Positions 26,969-36,952 of a stretch of 64,000 nucleotides of DNA are shown in pieces. Every line of letters begins with the position of its first letter. The first letter of the stretch is position 1. Position numbers and translations under genes: made by a program. Origin of the DNA: an uncultured bacterium (GTDB lineage: Bacteria; Actinomycetota; Acidimicrobiia; Spongiisociales; UBA5794); the NCBI GenBank assembly GCA_963801165.1, contig CAWDDT010000010.1:96001-160000 (forward strand), written 5' to 3'. The notes beneath the pieces are model-generated. The model saw nothing but the letters and a program-made list of their open reading frames with translations. It made no database searches and was not told the origin of the DNA.

Positions 26969-29900
26969 GTGTTTCTCAAGACTCTATCTCTGGCCGGCTT
27001 CAAGTCCTTTGCCAATCGCACCCGTCTCGATTTCGAGGAGGGTGTGAACGTCGTGGTCGGGCCCAATGGCTCGGGCAAGTCAAACCTCCTCGACGCACTC
27101 GCCTGGGTGATGGGAACCCAGGCGACAAGGGCGCTGCGCACCGAGAAGATGGAAGACGTGATCTTCGCCGGGACCGCTACCCGGCCCGAGTTGGGCAGAG
27201 CCGAGGTCACGGTGACCTTCGACAACTCGGACGGTTTCCTTCCCATCTCGCTCAGCGAGGTCAGGATGACCCGTCGGTTGTTCCGCGATGGGAGCTCGGA
27301 GTACGAGCTGAACGGGGCCCCGTGCCGGCTTCTCGATCTCCATGAGCTGCTGTCGGATGGCGGCGTCGGCCGGAGCCAGCACGTCCTTGTCGGGCAGGGT
27401 CAAATCGGGTCGATCCTCAACGCCCGCCCTCTCGAGCACAGGGCGGTCATCGAAGAGGCGGCAGGCGTCACCAAACACAAGAACAGGCGGGATCGAGCGG
27501 TGCGCCGACTCGAGCAGACCGAGGTCGACCTGAACCGGCTCAACGACATACTCGATCAGCAGCGCTCCCGGTTGCGGCCGTTGAAACGACAAGCGAACGC
27601 TGCCGAGCGACACGGGTCGGTGAAGGCGGAGATAAGGGCGTTGCACCTGTGGATCGGGGCCGAGAAGTTGCGCACGCTGCGCCGGCGTAAGGCGGGTGCG
27701 TCCGCCGAGCATGCCACGCTCACCGCCGAGAGCGAGACCGACGGTGCCGAGCTACGCACGCTGCGTGACGAGCTCGGCGCGCTTCAGGGTGAGGCTACCG
27801 GGGTGGGCCGGGCACTCGAGCGTGATACCTCAGCGGCGGCGCGTCTAGAGACCGTGTTGGAGCGGTTCTCCCGGATCGCCATGGTCGCCCGGGAGCGCCG
27901 TCTCAGCCTGGAGAGCAGACAGCGCGGGGCCGGAGAGCGGCGCACCGACCTCATGCTGGAGGTCCGGCAACTCGAAGAGGACATCAAGACAACACGGGCC
28001 GCTGCCGAGAGCGCCGCGGCGCTCTCGGATGGCAGGGAATCCGCGCTGCGTCAACTCGAGGACGAGGAGCGCTCGCTTGCCGAGCAGATCCAGCTGCCGG
28101 CCGAGGGCGTTGTCGCCAACCTGCGGGGCGACCTGCGTTCCCTCGAGACCGCAGCAGAGCGTGATGCCCGCGAGGCAGAGGCGCTCGGCCGAAGGCGCGA
28201 GTTCATCGTGGCCCGCCTGGCCGAGGAGGAGACCGACGCCGACACCCTGATCGCTTCGATCCACGAAACCGACGCCGCGGTTACCGGAGCCCAGCGGGCC
28301 TATGCGGCGGCGAGCGAGGCTGCGGCAGCGAGCCGGGAGCGGCTCGAGAACCTGGATGGTATGCGGCGCGAGATGCAGATCGCGGTTGCCGGGGCGCGCG
28401 CTCACGTAGAGGCGTTGGAATCGGCGTTGGAGGGGCTGATTGACCCGGCGGCCCGGGAGCGAGCCAGCGGCGCGGATGGGGTGACGGGCACCCTGGTCGC
28501 CCGTCTAGACGTCCCGGTCGAACTGGCGCACGCGGTCGACGGTGCGCTCGGCCAGTGGCGGGACGCTCTCGCCATCCGCGATCGTTCATCGCTGCAGGAG
28601 GCCGTCTCCGGTTTGAAGGCCGAAGGACTGGGAGGTGTCGGTTTCGTCGTGAGCGGCGACGGTGCGCTAGCGCCGGCTCGGGCGGTTGCCGCGGAATGGG
28701 GTGTTGACGCCCTCGTCGACCTCCTCGGAGGGAACGCCGACATCGCGCTCGCGATCGGGTTGCTGGGCGATGTGGTGGTGGCCGAAGGTTGGTCGTCCGC
28801 CTGGGGCATCGTCTCGCGACACCCCGACGTGCGTGCCGTCACGCCTGAAGGTGACGTAATCACCGAGCGGGGGATGTGGCTGGCTCAGCCCGACGGGGCC
28901 GGCCCGGCGGCGCTCGAAGCCGCGGGCGTGAATCTCGAGGGAGCCGAGTTCGAACTGGCCCGCGCCGGGGCTCGTAGTGTTTCAGCCCAGCGGGAGTTCG
29001 ACGATCTCCGGCAGCGGGAGAGGAGCGCTCTCGAGGCCCTCGAGGAGCTCGAGGCGAGGCTGGCCGGGCACACCGAGGCTCTGGCACTGAACGAGCGGGC
29101 TCGGGCTGCAAGCGGTGAGGAACTCGAGCGAGTAGACGCCCGATCGGCCGCCATCGCTGCGGCCGAAACAGCCCGCATCGAGCGTCTCACTGAGTTGCGT
29201 AACCGGATCGAGGAGTTCGAGGGTGAGGAGCGGTCCCGCCAGCAGGCCTGGGAGGCCCTCACCCGGCGTCGCGACGAGGTCGCCAGACGTCGCGACGATG
29301 CCAGGCGGCTCAGTGAAGAAGTCACTCGTGAGCATGCCGGCGCCGTCGAGCGTCTTCGTATGCTGGAGAACCGGCTGGCGACCGCGCGCTCCGAACTGGC
29401 CGCGGCGGATGACAGCCCGATCGATCCCGACCACATCACCCGGTTGGACCGGATCGAAGCAGACGCCAAGCGCGCCATGGACGTTGTGCGCTCCCACGTG
29501 GCGGCGTTGCGGGGGCGGCAACTGGCGCTGCGCAGCGAGATGGGCGAGGCCGACGAGCGGCTGGCCGCGGCGTATGAGCGGCAGACCGAGCTCGAGACAC
29601 GCGTGACGACTGCGAGAGAGCGGATGTCGGCGCTCTCGATCGAACTGGCCGAGATAGCGGTGCGCGACGAGTCCGTGGCCGAGGGTCTCCGGCGTGACGC
29701 CGACGCCGGCGAAGATGTGGCTCTGGCGGCGCCCCGGCCCGACCTCGAAGATGAGGCGACGGCACAGGACAGGTTGCAGTCTTTGGAGGCACAGTTGCGG
29801 CGCATGGGGCCGATCAACCCCCTGGCCGCACAGGAGTATGAGGAGCTGGCTGCACATGTCGAGTTGCTCGAAAGTCAGCTCGGGGATCTCGAGGACTCTC

Positions 29901-30409
29901 GAGCCGAGCTTCGGAAGGTTATCAGGGCGCTCGATGACGAGATGGCAACGTTGTTCCATGAGGCGTATGAAGAGATCTCTGCCTTCTATGAGGAGAACTT
30001 CTCCCTTGTGTTCCCGGGCGGGAAGGGTCGGCTGACGCTCACGGATCCGGGAGAGCTCCTGGAGACCGGGGTCGACATCCAGGCCCAGCCGATGGGGAAG
30101 AAGGTGGGCAAGCTGAGCTTGCTGTCGGGTGGTGAGAAGTCCCTGGCGGCGCTGGCCTTCCTCTTTGCCGTGTTCCGCGCCCGCCCCTCGCCGTTCTACG
30201 TCCTCGATGAGGTCGAGGCTGCGCTGGATGACGCCAACCTGAGACGTTTCCTGCGGTTGGTCGACACCCTCAGGGAGAGCGCCCAGGTGATCATCATCAC
30301 CCACCAGCAGCAGACCATGCAGTCTGCCGACATCCTCTATGGCGTGACCATGGAGCCCGGTGAATCATCCAAGGTCATCGCCAAACGCCTCCACGAGCAT
30401 TCCACATAG
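26969..30409 (+). CDS. smc: Chromosome segregation protein SMC
   Basis: GFKSFA, GPNGSGKSN, hinge, LSGGEK, LDEVEAALD. Confidence 0.95.
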   Translation: MFLKTLSLAGFKSFANRTRLDFEEGVNVVVGPNGSGKSNLLDALAWVMGTQATRALRTEKMEDVIFAGTATRPELGRAEVTVTFDNSDGFLPISLSEVRMTRRLFRDGSSEYELNGAPCRLLDLHELLSDGGVGRSQHVLVGQGQIGSILNARPLEHRAVIEEAAGVTKHKNRRDRAVRRLEQTEVDLNRLNDILDQQRSRLRPLKRQANAAERHGSVKAEIRALHLWIGAEKLRTLRRRKAGASAEHATLTAESETDGAELRTLRDELGALQGEATGVGRALERDTSAAARLETVLERFSRIAMVARERRLSLESRQRGAGERRTDLMLEVRQLEEDIKTTRAAAESAAALSDGRESALRQLEDEERSLAEQIQLPAEGVVANLRGDLRSLETAAERDAREAEALGRRREFIVARLAEEETDADTLIASIHETDAAVTGAQRAYAAASEAAAASRERLENLDGMRREMQIAVAGARAHVEALESALEGLIDPAARERASGADGVTGTLVARLDVPVELAHAVDGALGQWRDALAIRDRSSLQEAVSGLKAEGLGGVGFVVSGDGALAPARAVAAEWGVDALVDLLGGNADIALAIGLLGDVVVAEGWSSAWGIVSRHPDVRAVTPEGDVITERGMWLAQPDGAGPAALEAAGVNLEGAEFELARAGARSVSAQREFDDLRQRERSALEALEELEARLAGHTEALALNERARAASGEELERVDARSAAIAAAETARIERLTELRNRIEEFEGEERSRQQAWEALTRRRDEVARRRDDARRLSEEVTREHAGAVERLRMLENRLATARSELAAADDSPIDPDHITRLDRIEADAKRAMDVVRSHVAALRGRQLALRSEMGEADERLAAAYERQTELETRVTTARERMSALSIELAEIAVRDESVAEGLRRDADAGEDVALAAPRPDLEDEATAQDRLQSLEAQLRRMGPINPLAAQEYEELAAHVELLESQLGDLEDSRAELRKVIRALDDEMATLFHEAYEEISAFYEENFSLVFPGGKGRLTLTDPGELLETGVDIQAQPMGKKVGKLSLLSGGEKSLAALAFLFAVFRARPSPFYVLDEVEAALDDANLRRFLRLVDTLRESAQVIIITHQQQTMQSADILYGVTMEPGESSKVIAKRLHEHST

Positions 30410-30480
30410 GCCAGCACACTCCGGTTTCATGCGGACACTCGACGCCGCCGCGGCAGCCGATATCCGGAGTCCGATGGTGA

Positions 30481-30825
30481 TCAGGAGGTTCTGTCGCCCA
30501 TCGCGAGTGCGTCGCGCAGCACCGCCACCCGCTCTGGTACCACGCTGAACCAGGCCCACTTGCCGCGCTGTTCACGCTCGAGCAATCCGGCGTCGGCCAG
30601 GATCGAGAGATGGTGCGACACGGTGGGCTGGCTGCGTCCTACGGGTGTCGGGAGATCACAGGCGCACATCTCACCACCCGGTGCGCTGGCGATGAGACTG
30701 AGCAAGCGCAGCCGGATGGGATCGGAAAGGACCTTGAACGCGGCCGCGAGGTCATCGGCCTCGGCGGCGCCGACCGCGGTGACGAGCACCGGCTCGCAGC
30801 ATGGTTGGATCACGTTGACGTCCAT
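30481..30825 (-). CDS. ArsR/SmtB-family transcriptional repressor
   Basis: FKVLSDPIRLRLL, EMCACDL, SQPTVSHHL; divergent from arsM. Confidence 0.9.
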   Translation of the reverse strand: MDVNVIQPCCEPVLVTAVGAAEADDLAAAFKVLSDPIRLRLLSLIASAPGGEMCACDLPTPVGRSQPTVSHHLSILADAGLLEREQRGKWAWFSVVPERVAVLRDALAMGDRTS

Positions 30826-30895
30826 GGCATCCACCTTACCAGACGTATTGACGAACGTCGATGTGTCTGTTAACTTCATATCGAAGGTCATCTAT

Positions 30896-31081
30896 ATGAG
30901 GAGGCAATCATGCGACTGCTTGCACGGACCGGACAACGGATGGCATCGGCGAAACTCGAGCGCGGAGTTCGGCGAAGCGTATGGCCAGGTGTGCGACTCG
31001 ACCTGCCGGGCCAACGCCCGCCGCGATGCCTGGATGACGGATGCCGCCCGGATCAGCGGCACCTATTCGAGGACGGTCTGA
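30896..31081 (+). CDS. Small Cys-containing hypothetical protein upstream of arsM (start uncertain, possibly frameshifted)
   Basis: 3' part GEAYGQVCDSTCRANARRD has good GC3 codon bias; its stop overlaps the arsM ATG (TGATG). Confidence 0.45.
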   Translation: MRRQSCDCLHGPDNGWHRRNSSAEFGEAYGQVCDSTCRANARRDAWMTDAARISGTYSRTV

Positions 31082-31827
31082 TGGCCGACTCGGGGCGACC
31101 CACCATCGACGACGTGAGGGAACGGTATGCAGACGCCGCAAACCGCGCCACCGACTCCTGCTGTGGCGACGATTGTTGTGCCGGTGACGAGGACTTCGGC
31201 TCCCGTCTCTACCGCGCCGAGGACATAGCGACCCTGCCGCGGAACGCGACGAACGCAAGCCTTGGTTGCGGCAATCCGATCGCCGTGGCCGAGCTACGCG
31301 AAGGGGAGACGGTGCTCGATCTCGGTTCGGGCGGAGGCATCGATGTTCTGCTGTCGGCGCGACGAGTCGGGCCGACGGGTTTCGTATACGGTCTCGACAT
31401 GACCGACGAGATGTTGGAGTTGGCTCGACACAACCAGCGTGACTCTGGCGTGGAGAATGTCGAGTTTCTGAAGGGCGTCATCGAGGAGATACCTCTTCCC
31501 AAGGACTCTGTCGACGTGGTGATCTCCAACTGCGTTATCAACCTCTCTCTGGACAAGCCGAAGGTCCTTGCCGAGATGGCGCGTGTGCTTCGTCCCGGGG
31601 GCCGAATCGGCATCACCGACGTGGTTGCGGACAATGGCCTCACCGATGCCGATCGCCGGGAGCGGGGGGACTGGGTCGGGTGCATTGCCGGAGCCCTGTC
31701 TTTCGAGGAGTACGAGAACGGGCTGCGCACGGCGGGATTCACCGACATCACGGTTGAGTCGTCCCACGTCGTCGCCGATGGCATGCACTCCGCAATCGTG
31801 CGCGCCGTGCGCCGTCCCCACGACTGA
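31081..31827 (+). CDS. arsM: Arsenite S-adenosylmethionine methyltransferase
   Basis: VRERYA...CC...CC, SLGCGNP, VLDLGSGGGID, SNCVINL, WVGCIAGAL. Confidence 0.92.
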   Translation: MADSGRPTIDDVRERYADAANRATDSCCGDDCCAGDEDFGSRLYRAEDIATLPRNATNASLGCGNPIAVAELREGETVLDLGSGGGIDVLLSARRVGPTGFVYGLDMTDEMLELARHNQRDSGVENVEFLKGVIEEIPLPKDSVDVVISNCVINLSLDKPKVLAEMARVLRPGGRIGITDVVADNGLTDADRRERGDWVGCIAGALSFEEYENGLRTAGFTDITVESSHVVADGMHSAIVRAVRRPHD

Positions 31828-31934
31828 GGCTACGTCGCTCTCTCCTGTGCGGGGCGGAAATGCTGCGCGAGACTCTGCTCGGACGATTCCGGGTAATCTG
31901 CAGGCGAGTCTGATCTGCCCCGGAGGGCCTATCA

Positions 31935-32954
31935 ATGGAGTGGTACTACGTCGTCGTCGCGCTCGCCCTGGTCGCGCTGGTCGCGTTCTTTGTCGTCCGC
32001 GGCCGCGGTCGGGGAGAAGCACCGCCGCCGACCGTTGCCCCCGCCGAGCGTGCCACAACGGCAGCGCCGCCCCGAAGTCTCCGCGAACGCCTCGCCAAGA
32101 CGAGACAGGCGCTCTCGGGCCGTCTCACCGGGGTCCTCAGCCGACCGGGGTTCGACGATGACTTCTGGACCGATATCGAGGACTCGCTGGTTGCCGCCGA
32201 TGTCGGTGTGAAGGCGGCGGGTGCCGCTGTGGCGGCAGTGCGCAAGGCCGGCCCCGATGAGCCGGCAGCCGTGCGCCAATTGCTGGCGACCGAGCTAGTG
32301 GCACAGCTCGCGAACGTCGACCGCCATCTCGAGACCGGCGGTAGCCCGGCGGTGATTCTCGTCGTCGGGGTCAACGGGAGCGGCAAGACGACGACGATCG
32401 CCAAGCTCGCCCAGCAACTCAACACAGTGGATCATCCTGTGCTCCTGGGGGCGGCAGACACCTTCCGGGCAGGGGCAGCCGAGCAGCTGAAAGCCTGGGC
32501 GAATCGGGTTGGTGTCGACATAGTCGCCGGCGACAGTGGGGCGGACCCGGCGTCGGTTGCGTACGACGCCTACCACGCCGCCAGGGCACGCGGAGCCGGG
32601 GTAGTGCTGGTCGACACCGCAGGCCGGCTCCACTCGAAGTCCAACCTGATGGAAGAATTGGGCAAGGTGGCCCGGGTGTTGCGCCGGGAGGCTGGTGCGA
32701 TCGATGAGGTACTGCTCGTCCTCGACGGCACCACCGGTCAGAACGCCATCGGCCAGGCGCGAGCATTCACCGACCTCGTTGGTGTTACCGGGATCGTGCT
32801 CACCAAGCTCGACGGTACCGCCCGCGGGGGTGTCGCCATCGCCGTCGAACGTGAGTTGGGGATACCGGTCAAGTACATCGGAGTCGGGGAAGGCGTCGGA
32901 GACCTGATACCGTTCGAGCCGGAGGCATTCGTCGACGCCCTCCTCGGAACATGA
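31935..32954 (+). CDS. ftsY: SRP receptor FtsY
   Basis: GVNGSGKTTTIAKL, DTFRA, DTAGRLH, TKLDGTARGG. Confidence 0.96.
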   Translation: MEWYYVVVALALVALVAFFVVRGRGRGEAPPPTVAPAERATTAAPPRSLRERLAKTRQALSGRLTGVLSRPGFDDDFWTDIEDSLVAADVGVKAAGAAVAAVRKAGPDEPAAVRQLLATELVAQLANVDRHLETGGSPAVILVVGVNGSGKTTTIAKLAQQLNTVDHPVLLGAADTFRAGAAEQLKAWANRVGVDIVAGDSGADPASVAYDAYHAARARGAGVVLVDTAGRLHSKSNLMEELGKVARVLRREAGAIDEVLLVLDGTTGQNAIGQARAFTDLVGVTGIVLTKLDGTARGGVAIAVERELGIPVKYIGVGEGVGDLIPFEPEAFVDALLGT

Positions 32955-33361
32955 CTGACACCGCCCATCTCTACGCTCGGGCCCGGGAAGTGGCCGCCCA
33001 CGCCTATGCCCCATACTCGGGATTTCACGTGGGCGCTGTCGTTGTTGCCGCCGACGGCAGGGTCTTCTCGGGCTGCAATGTCGAGAACGCGGCATACGGA
33101 TCGGCCATCTGCGCCGAGGGAAATGCCATTAGCTCGGCGGCGGCGGCAGGTGTCAGGAAGATCGATACGGTTGTCGTCGCATGTCTCGACGGCGGTGAGT
33201 GCTACCCGTGTGGAAACTGCCGCCAGCTGATGCGGGAGTTCGCGGTGGACATCGTCGTGGTCCAGGACGGGGACGGATCGCTCCGCACCCACGACTTTGC
33301 GGACATCCTGCCTCATGCGTTTGGTCCCGATTCACTAGATTCCGGCGGCAGAAAACGCTAA
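32951..33361 (+). CDS. cdd: Cytidine deaminase
   Basis: AYAPYS, NVENAAY, CAE, PCGNCRQ. Confidence 0.94.
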   Translation: MTDTAHLYARAREVAAHAYAPYSGFHVGAVVVAADGRVFSGCNVENAAYGSAICAEGNAISSAAAAGVRKIDTVVVACLDGGECYPCGNCRQLMREFAVDIVVVQDGDGSLRTHDFADILPHAFGPDSLDSGGRKR

Positions 33362-33392
33362 GTAGCCGGTGTCGCGCACCGATATTTGTCGG

Positions 33393-33668
33393 ATGGGAAA
33401 CCGACGCGACCTCGCCGAGGGCTGGCTCAGCCCCTTATCTCGCAATGTGATGCTCATCTTCGGGTACGGGTTGGCATTCGGCAGCCTGCTCGTCATCCGG
33501 TTCGGATTCGCCTCCGGCAGTGCCGTGGCGATCGTCGCCGGTGTCGCCTGCGGATTCGTGGGGTGGCTGATCTCCGCACTCGTTCCCGATCCCGTGCCGG
33601 CGCCACGCAAGTCACTGCGTCGTCGGGCCGAGATGCTGGCAAGGGTCGGCGGCCACCAGCTTCCCTAA
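33393..33668 (+). CDS. Small hypothetical membrane protein
   Basis: Two hydrophobic segments; start uncertain (33369 GTG is an alternative). Confidence 0.55.
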   Translation: MGNRRDLAEGWLSPLSRNVMLIFGYGLAFGSLLVIRFGFASGSAVAIVAGVACGFVGWLISALVPDPVPAPRKSLRRRAEMLARVGGHQLP

Positions 33669-33680
33669 GGAGCTCGTGTC

Positions 33681-33736
33681 GACAAAGTCGGCGGGATAAA
33701 GTCGGCGAGATAAAGTCAGCGGGATATCGTCGGCGG
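33681..33736. repeat. 14-bp tandem repeat GA(T/C)AAAGTCGGCGG x4 (imperfect) immediately upstream of the GNAT start
   Basis: Units at 33681, 33695, 33709 and 33723. Confidence 0.75.
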
Positions 33737-33737
33737 T

Positions 33738-34282
33738 GTGTTCACCGTCACCAATATCACCGTCCTGCCTGAAGATGTCCTGCCTGAAGATGTCCTGCCT
33801 GAAGATGTCCTGCCTGAAGATGTCCTGCCTGAAGATGTCCTGCCTGAAGATGTCCTGCCTGAAGATGTCCTGCCTGAAGATATCGACTCTCTGGCAGACA
33901 CTGCCGGCGACGAGGGCCACGCCATGGTCGCCCGCCTCGCCGCGGACTTCCGAAGCGGCGAGAACCGGTTCGAGCCCCTGGAGAGGGTTTGTGGGAGGCG
34001 AGGGTCGGGACGAATCTCGTGGGTGTATGCGGGCTCAACCGCGACCCGTTCGCGACACCGGCCGAGAAAGCAGGACGAGTGCGGCGGCTATACGTGATCG
34101 CCGAGTTCCGGCGGCAGGGGATCGCCAGCGCCCTCTTGGAGAACGTGATTGCGGTCGCCCGCCTCCATTTCTCGCTTGTCAATGCGTTCACGACAAACCC
34201 GGCGGCGATCCGCTTCTACACAGCTCGGGGCTTTCGAACGGTGGCGGGTGTAGAGAGGCGCTCGGTCGAGCTTCCGCTGTGA
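33738..34282 (+). pseudogene. GNAT-family N-acetyltransferase, frameshifted (or sequencing indel)
   Basis: 5' frame ...ARLAADFRSGENRFE continues in another frame as PGEGLWEARVGTNLVGVCGLNRDPF...RRLYV...RRQGIAS; break at CCCC 33975-33978. Confidence 0.75.
33762..33881 (+). repeat. 15-bp perfect tandem repeat GTCCTGCCTGAAGAT x8 (VLPED)
   Basis: Eight identical in-frame units. Confidence 0.95.
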
Positions 34283-35227
34283 CTACCGGTTGGAGAGGGC
34301 CTCGAGCAGCGCCGGCATAACCTTGTGGACGTCGCCGACCACGCCGAGGTCGGCGACCCCGAAGATCGGTGCCTCCGGGTCTTTGTTAATGGCGATGATC
34401 GTCCCGGCGTCTTTCATGCCGACGAGGTGCTGCATTGCACCGCTGATGCCACAGGCGATGTATACCGAAGGCTTCACCGTCTTGCCCGTCTGCCCGACCT
34501 GGAGTGCATAGGGCACCCAGCCGGCGTCGACGACCGCCCTACTAGCCCCGACCGCACCTCCGAGACGTTTGGCCAGCTTGACAACGAGATCCCACTTCTC
34601 GTCCGGACCTCCCATCCCGCGGCCGCCACTGACGACGATGGCTGCGGCTTCGAGATCCGGGCCTTCGCTCTCCTCGACATGCTTCTCGAGCACCACGGCC
34701 GCCCCCGCATGACCCACGTCGGGAGCCGTCACTGCAACTATCTCCGGGGTGGCTCCGTCGCCCGGCTCGGCGGGAAAGGCCTTGGGCCGGGTCACCACGA
34801 TCACCGGACCTGCCATTGCCTCCGTCGTGACCCGGGTCGTACCTCCCAGGATCTCGTTGGTGACGATGATCCGGTCGCCGGTCGTGTCGATGGCGACGGC
34901 ATTGGAGAGCAGGGGAGCGCTTCGCCGGGCGCTGAGCCGGCCGGCAACGTCGCGGTCGGTGTTGCCGGTGCCGAACAGCACCAGGTCATCGTCTGCGACG
35001 AGGTCGGCGAGAGCCGCTGCGGCCGGCGCCGCCGCCAGGCTGGTGCCGGGATCGAGTTGGTAGATGCGGGAGGCACCGTGTGCGCCAAGAGCTGCATAGA
35101 CCGCCTCCGAACCGGGCCCCACGTAGAAGACCTCGACGTCACCCCACGTGCGAGCCTTGCTGGTCATCTCTAGCGCCGAGGCGCTGGCGCTTCCAGATTG
35201 TTCCTCGCAGAAGACCCAGGTCGTCAT
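34283..35227 (-). CDS. etfA: Electron transfer flavoprotein alpha subunit
   Basis: [44 protein letters not shown]. Confidence 0.94.
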   Translation of the reverse strand: MTTWVFCEEQSGSASASALEMTSKARTWGDVEVFYVGPGSEAVYAALGAHGASRIYQLDPGTSLAAAPAAAALADLVADDDLVLFGTGNTDRDVAGRLSARRSAPLLSNAVAIDTTGDRIIVTNEILGGTTRVTTEAMAGPVIVVTRPKAFPAEPGDGATPEIVAVTAPDVGHAGAAVVLEKHVEESEGPDLEAAAIVVSGGRGMGGPDEKWDLVVKLAKRLGGAVGASRAVVDAGWVPYALQVGQTGKTVKPSVYIACGISGAMQHLVGMKDAGTIIAINKDPEAPIFGVADLGVVGDVHKVMPALLEALSNR

Positions 35228-35997
35228 CACAGCACCTTCAGTTCTTCGAGCTTCTCGATGATTCTCAGATAGGCCTCGCCCTCGTCCTCGACGATCTCGC
35301 CCGCCTGTCTCGCCGGGATCGGCTCGACGGACCTGATCGTCTGTTGCACAGCCGGGGTGATCCCGAGGTCGGCGCACGTCCTGGTGTCGACCGGCTTCTT
35401 CTTGGCCTGCATGATCCCCTTGAAGTTCGGGTACCGCGGCGCGACAACACCCGAGGTCACGGTCAGCAGCGCCGGTAGCGGGGCCTCGACGATGTCGTAA
35501 CCGGCCTCGGTCTGGCGTTCGATCCTGATCTTGTCTCCGTTGTGCTCGACCTTGCGGGCGAAGGTGAGCGAGGGCATCCCGAGTAGCTCGGCGAGTTGCT
35601 GGGGCATAACGCCTGCGGAGCCGTCGGTGGATTCGGTCCCGGCGATGACCAGGTCGAACGGCTCTCCGTCCTGTTGCAGGGCCCGGGCGAGCACGTTGGC
35701 AGTGGTCAGGGCATCCGCACCCCGGAGGGAGGTGTCGTCTACGACGATGGCCCGATCCACCCCCATTGCCAGCGCCTGGCGTATCCCTGCGAGGTTGCCG
35801 GACGGCGTCATCGAAACCAGGGTCAGAGACGATCCGTCTCCGATTTCCTCGACGAGCTGTAGCCCCACCTCGACACCGTAGCGATCGGTGTCGTCGAGAA
35901 CCTGGTCATCGGGGCGCACGACAAAACTCGTCTCCGGGTCCAGTGAATACGGCGTGGCCGGATCCGGTATCTGCTTGGCGCAGACGGCAATCTTCAT
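35227..35997 (-). CDS. etfB: Electron transfer flavoprotein beta subunit
   Basis: MKIAVCAKQIPD, ALAMGVD, PRYPNFKGIMQAKKK. Confidence 0.94.
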   Translation of the reverse strand: MKIAVCAKQIPDPATPYSLDPETSFVVRPDDQVLDDTDRYGVEVGLQLVEEIGDGSSLTLVSMTPSGNLAGIRQALAMGVDRAIVVDDTSLRGADALTTANVLARALQQDGEPFDLVIAGTESTDGSAGVMPQQLAELLGMPSLTFARKVEHNGDKIRIERQTEAGYDIVEAPLPALLTVTSGVVAPRYPNFKGIMQAKKKPVDTRTCADLGITPAVQQTIRSVEPIPARQAGEIVEDEGEAYLRIIEKLEELKVL

Positions 35998-36046
35998 AGC
36001 TGAATTCTCCTCATGAACTCGTCAGGCGATGTTAACCGGGTCTTGT

Positions 36047-36889
36047 CTACTGCTCTTCGGCCGGGACGGTGACCAGCCGGGGCAGCAGGCCGTCGATGAG
36101 ATGGCTGAACTTGGTGCGCGCCTGCGCCGCTGCAATCTGGACCTCCTCGTGGCTCACCGGTTCCGCCGAAGTGCCCGCCGCCATGTTGGTCACCAGCGAG
36201 ATGGCGCCCACCCGGCGCCCCATATGAGCCAGAGCAATGGCCTCGGGCACCGTCGACATACCCACCAGGTCGCCACCGATCCGGCGCACCATCTCGATCT
36301 CGGCCGGGGTCTCGTAGCTGGGGCCGGTGAACCAGGTGTAAACACCCTCCTTGTAGGGGATGCCGCTCTCCTCGAACACCACACGCATGTCGTGGCGCAG
36401 CCGGCTGCTGTAGGCGTGGCTGATATCAGGGAACCGTGGTCCCAGGCGCTCGTCGTTGGCGCCGATCAACGGGTTGCGGCCGGTCAGGTTGATGTGGCCA
36501 CGGATGGCGACCAGATCGCCCACCGACAGGCCGCGGCTGACCCCGCCGCAGGCGTTGGTGAGTAGGACCGTGTGGCAACCGGTGAGGGCGGCGGTGCGGA
36601 CGGCGAAAACAACGTCAAACAGATCCCATCCCTCGTAGAAGTGGACCCGGCCGGAAAAAACAAGCGCGGCTCGGTCACCAACGGCGACCGAGTAGAGAGT
36701 GCCGGCGTGGCCCTGCACTCTCGGTGTCGGGAAGTGTGGGATGTCGTCGTACCGGATTGCGACGGCTCCGGGAAGCGACGCGGCGTAATCGCCGAGCCCG
36801 GATCCCAGGACCAGCGCCGCATCGTGGTGCGGTCTCCCGGACATCTCTGCGACCGCGGAGGCCGCCTCCACCAGTTTCTCGTAGCCCAC
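36047..36889 (-). CDS. Purine-nucleoside phosphorylase (trimeric type)
   Basis: LGSGLG, GRVHFYEG, GPSYETPAE, GMSTVPE, VTNMAAG. Confidence 0.93.
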   Translation of the reverse strand: MGYEKLVEAASAVAEMSGRPHHDAALVLGSGLGDYAASLPGAVAIRYDDIPHFPTPRVQGHAGTLYSVAVGDRAALVFSGRVHFYEGWDLFDVVFAVRTAALTGCHTVLLTNACGGVSRGLSVGDLVAIRGHINLTGRNPLIGANDERLGPRFPDISHAYSSRLRHDMRVVFEESGIPYKEGVYTWFTGPSYETPAEIEMVRRIGGDLVGMSTVPEAIALAHMGRRVGAISLVTNMAAGTSAEPVSHEEVQIAAAQARTKFSHLIDGLLPRLVTVPAEEQ

Positions 36890-36952
36890 GTCAGCCTCCG
36901 TGCCTGTTACTCACCCGCACTCGGGAGAATACTCACCGGGGGCATGAGGGCT

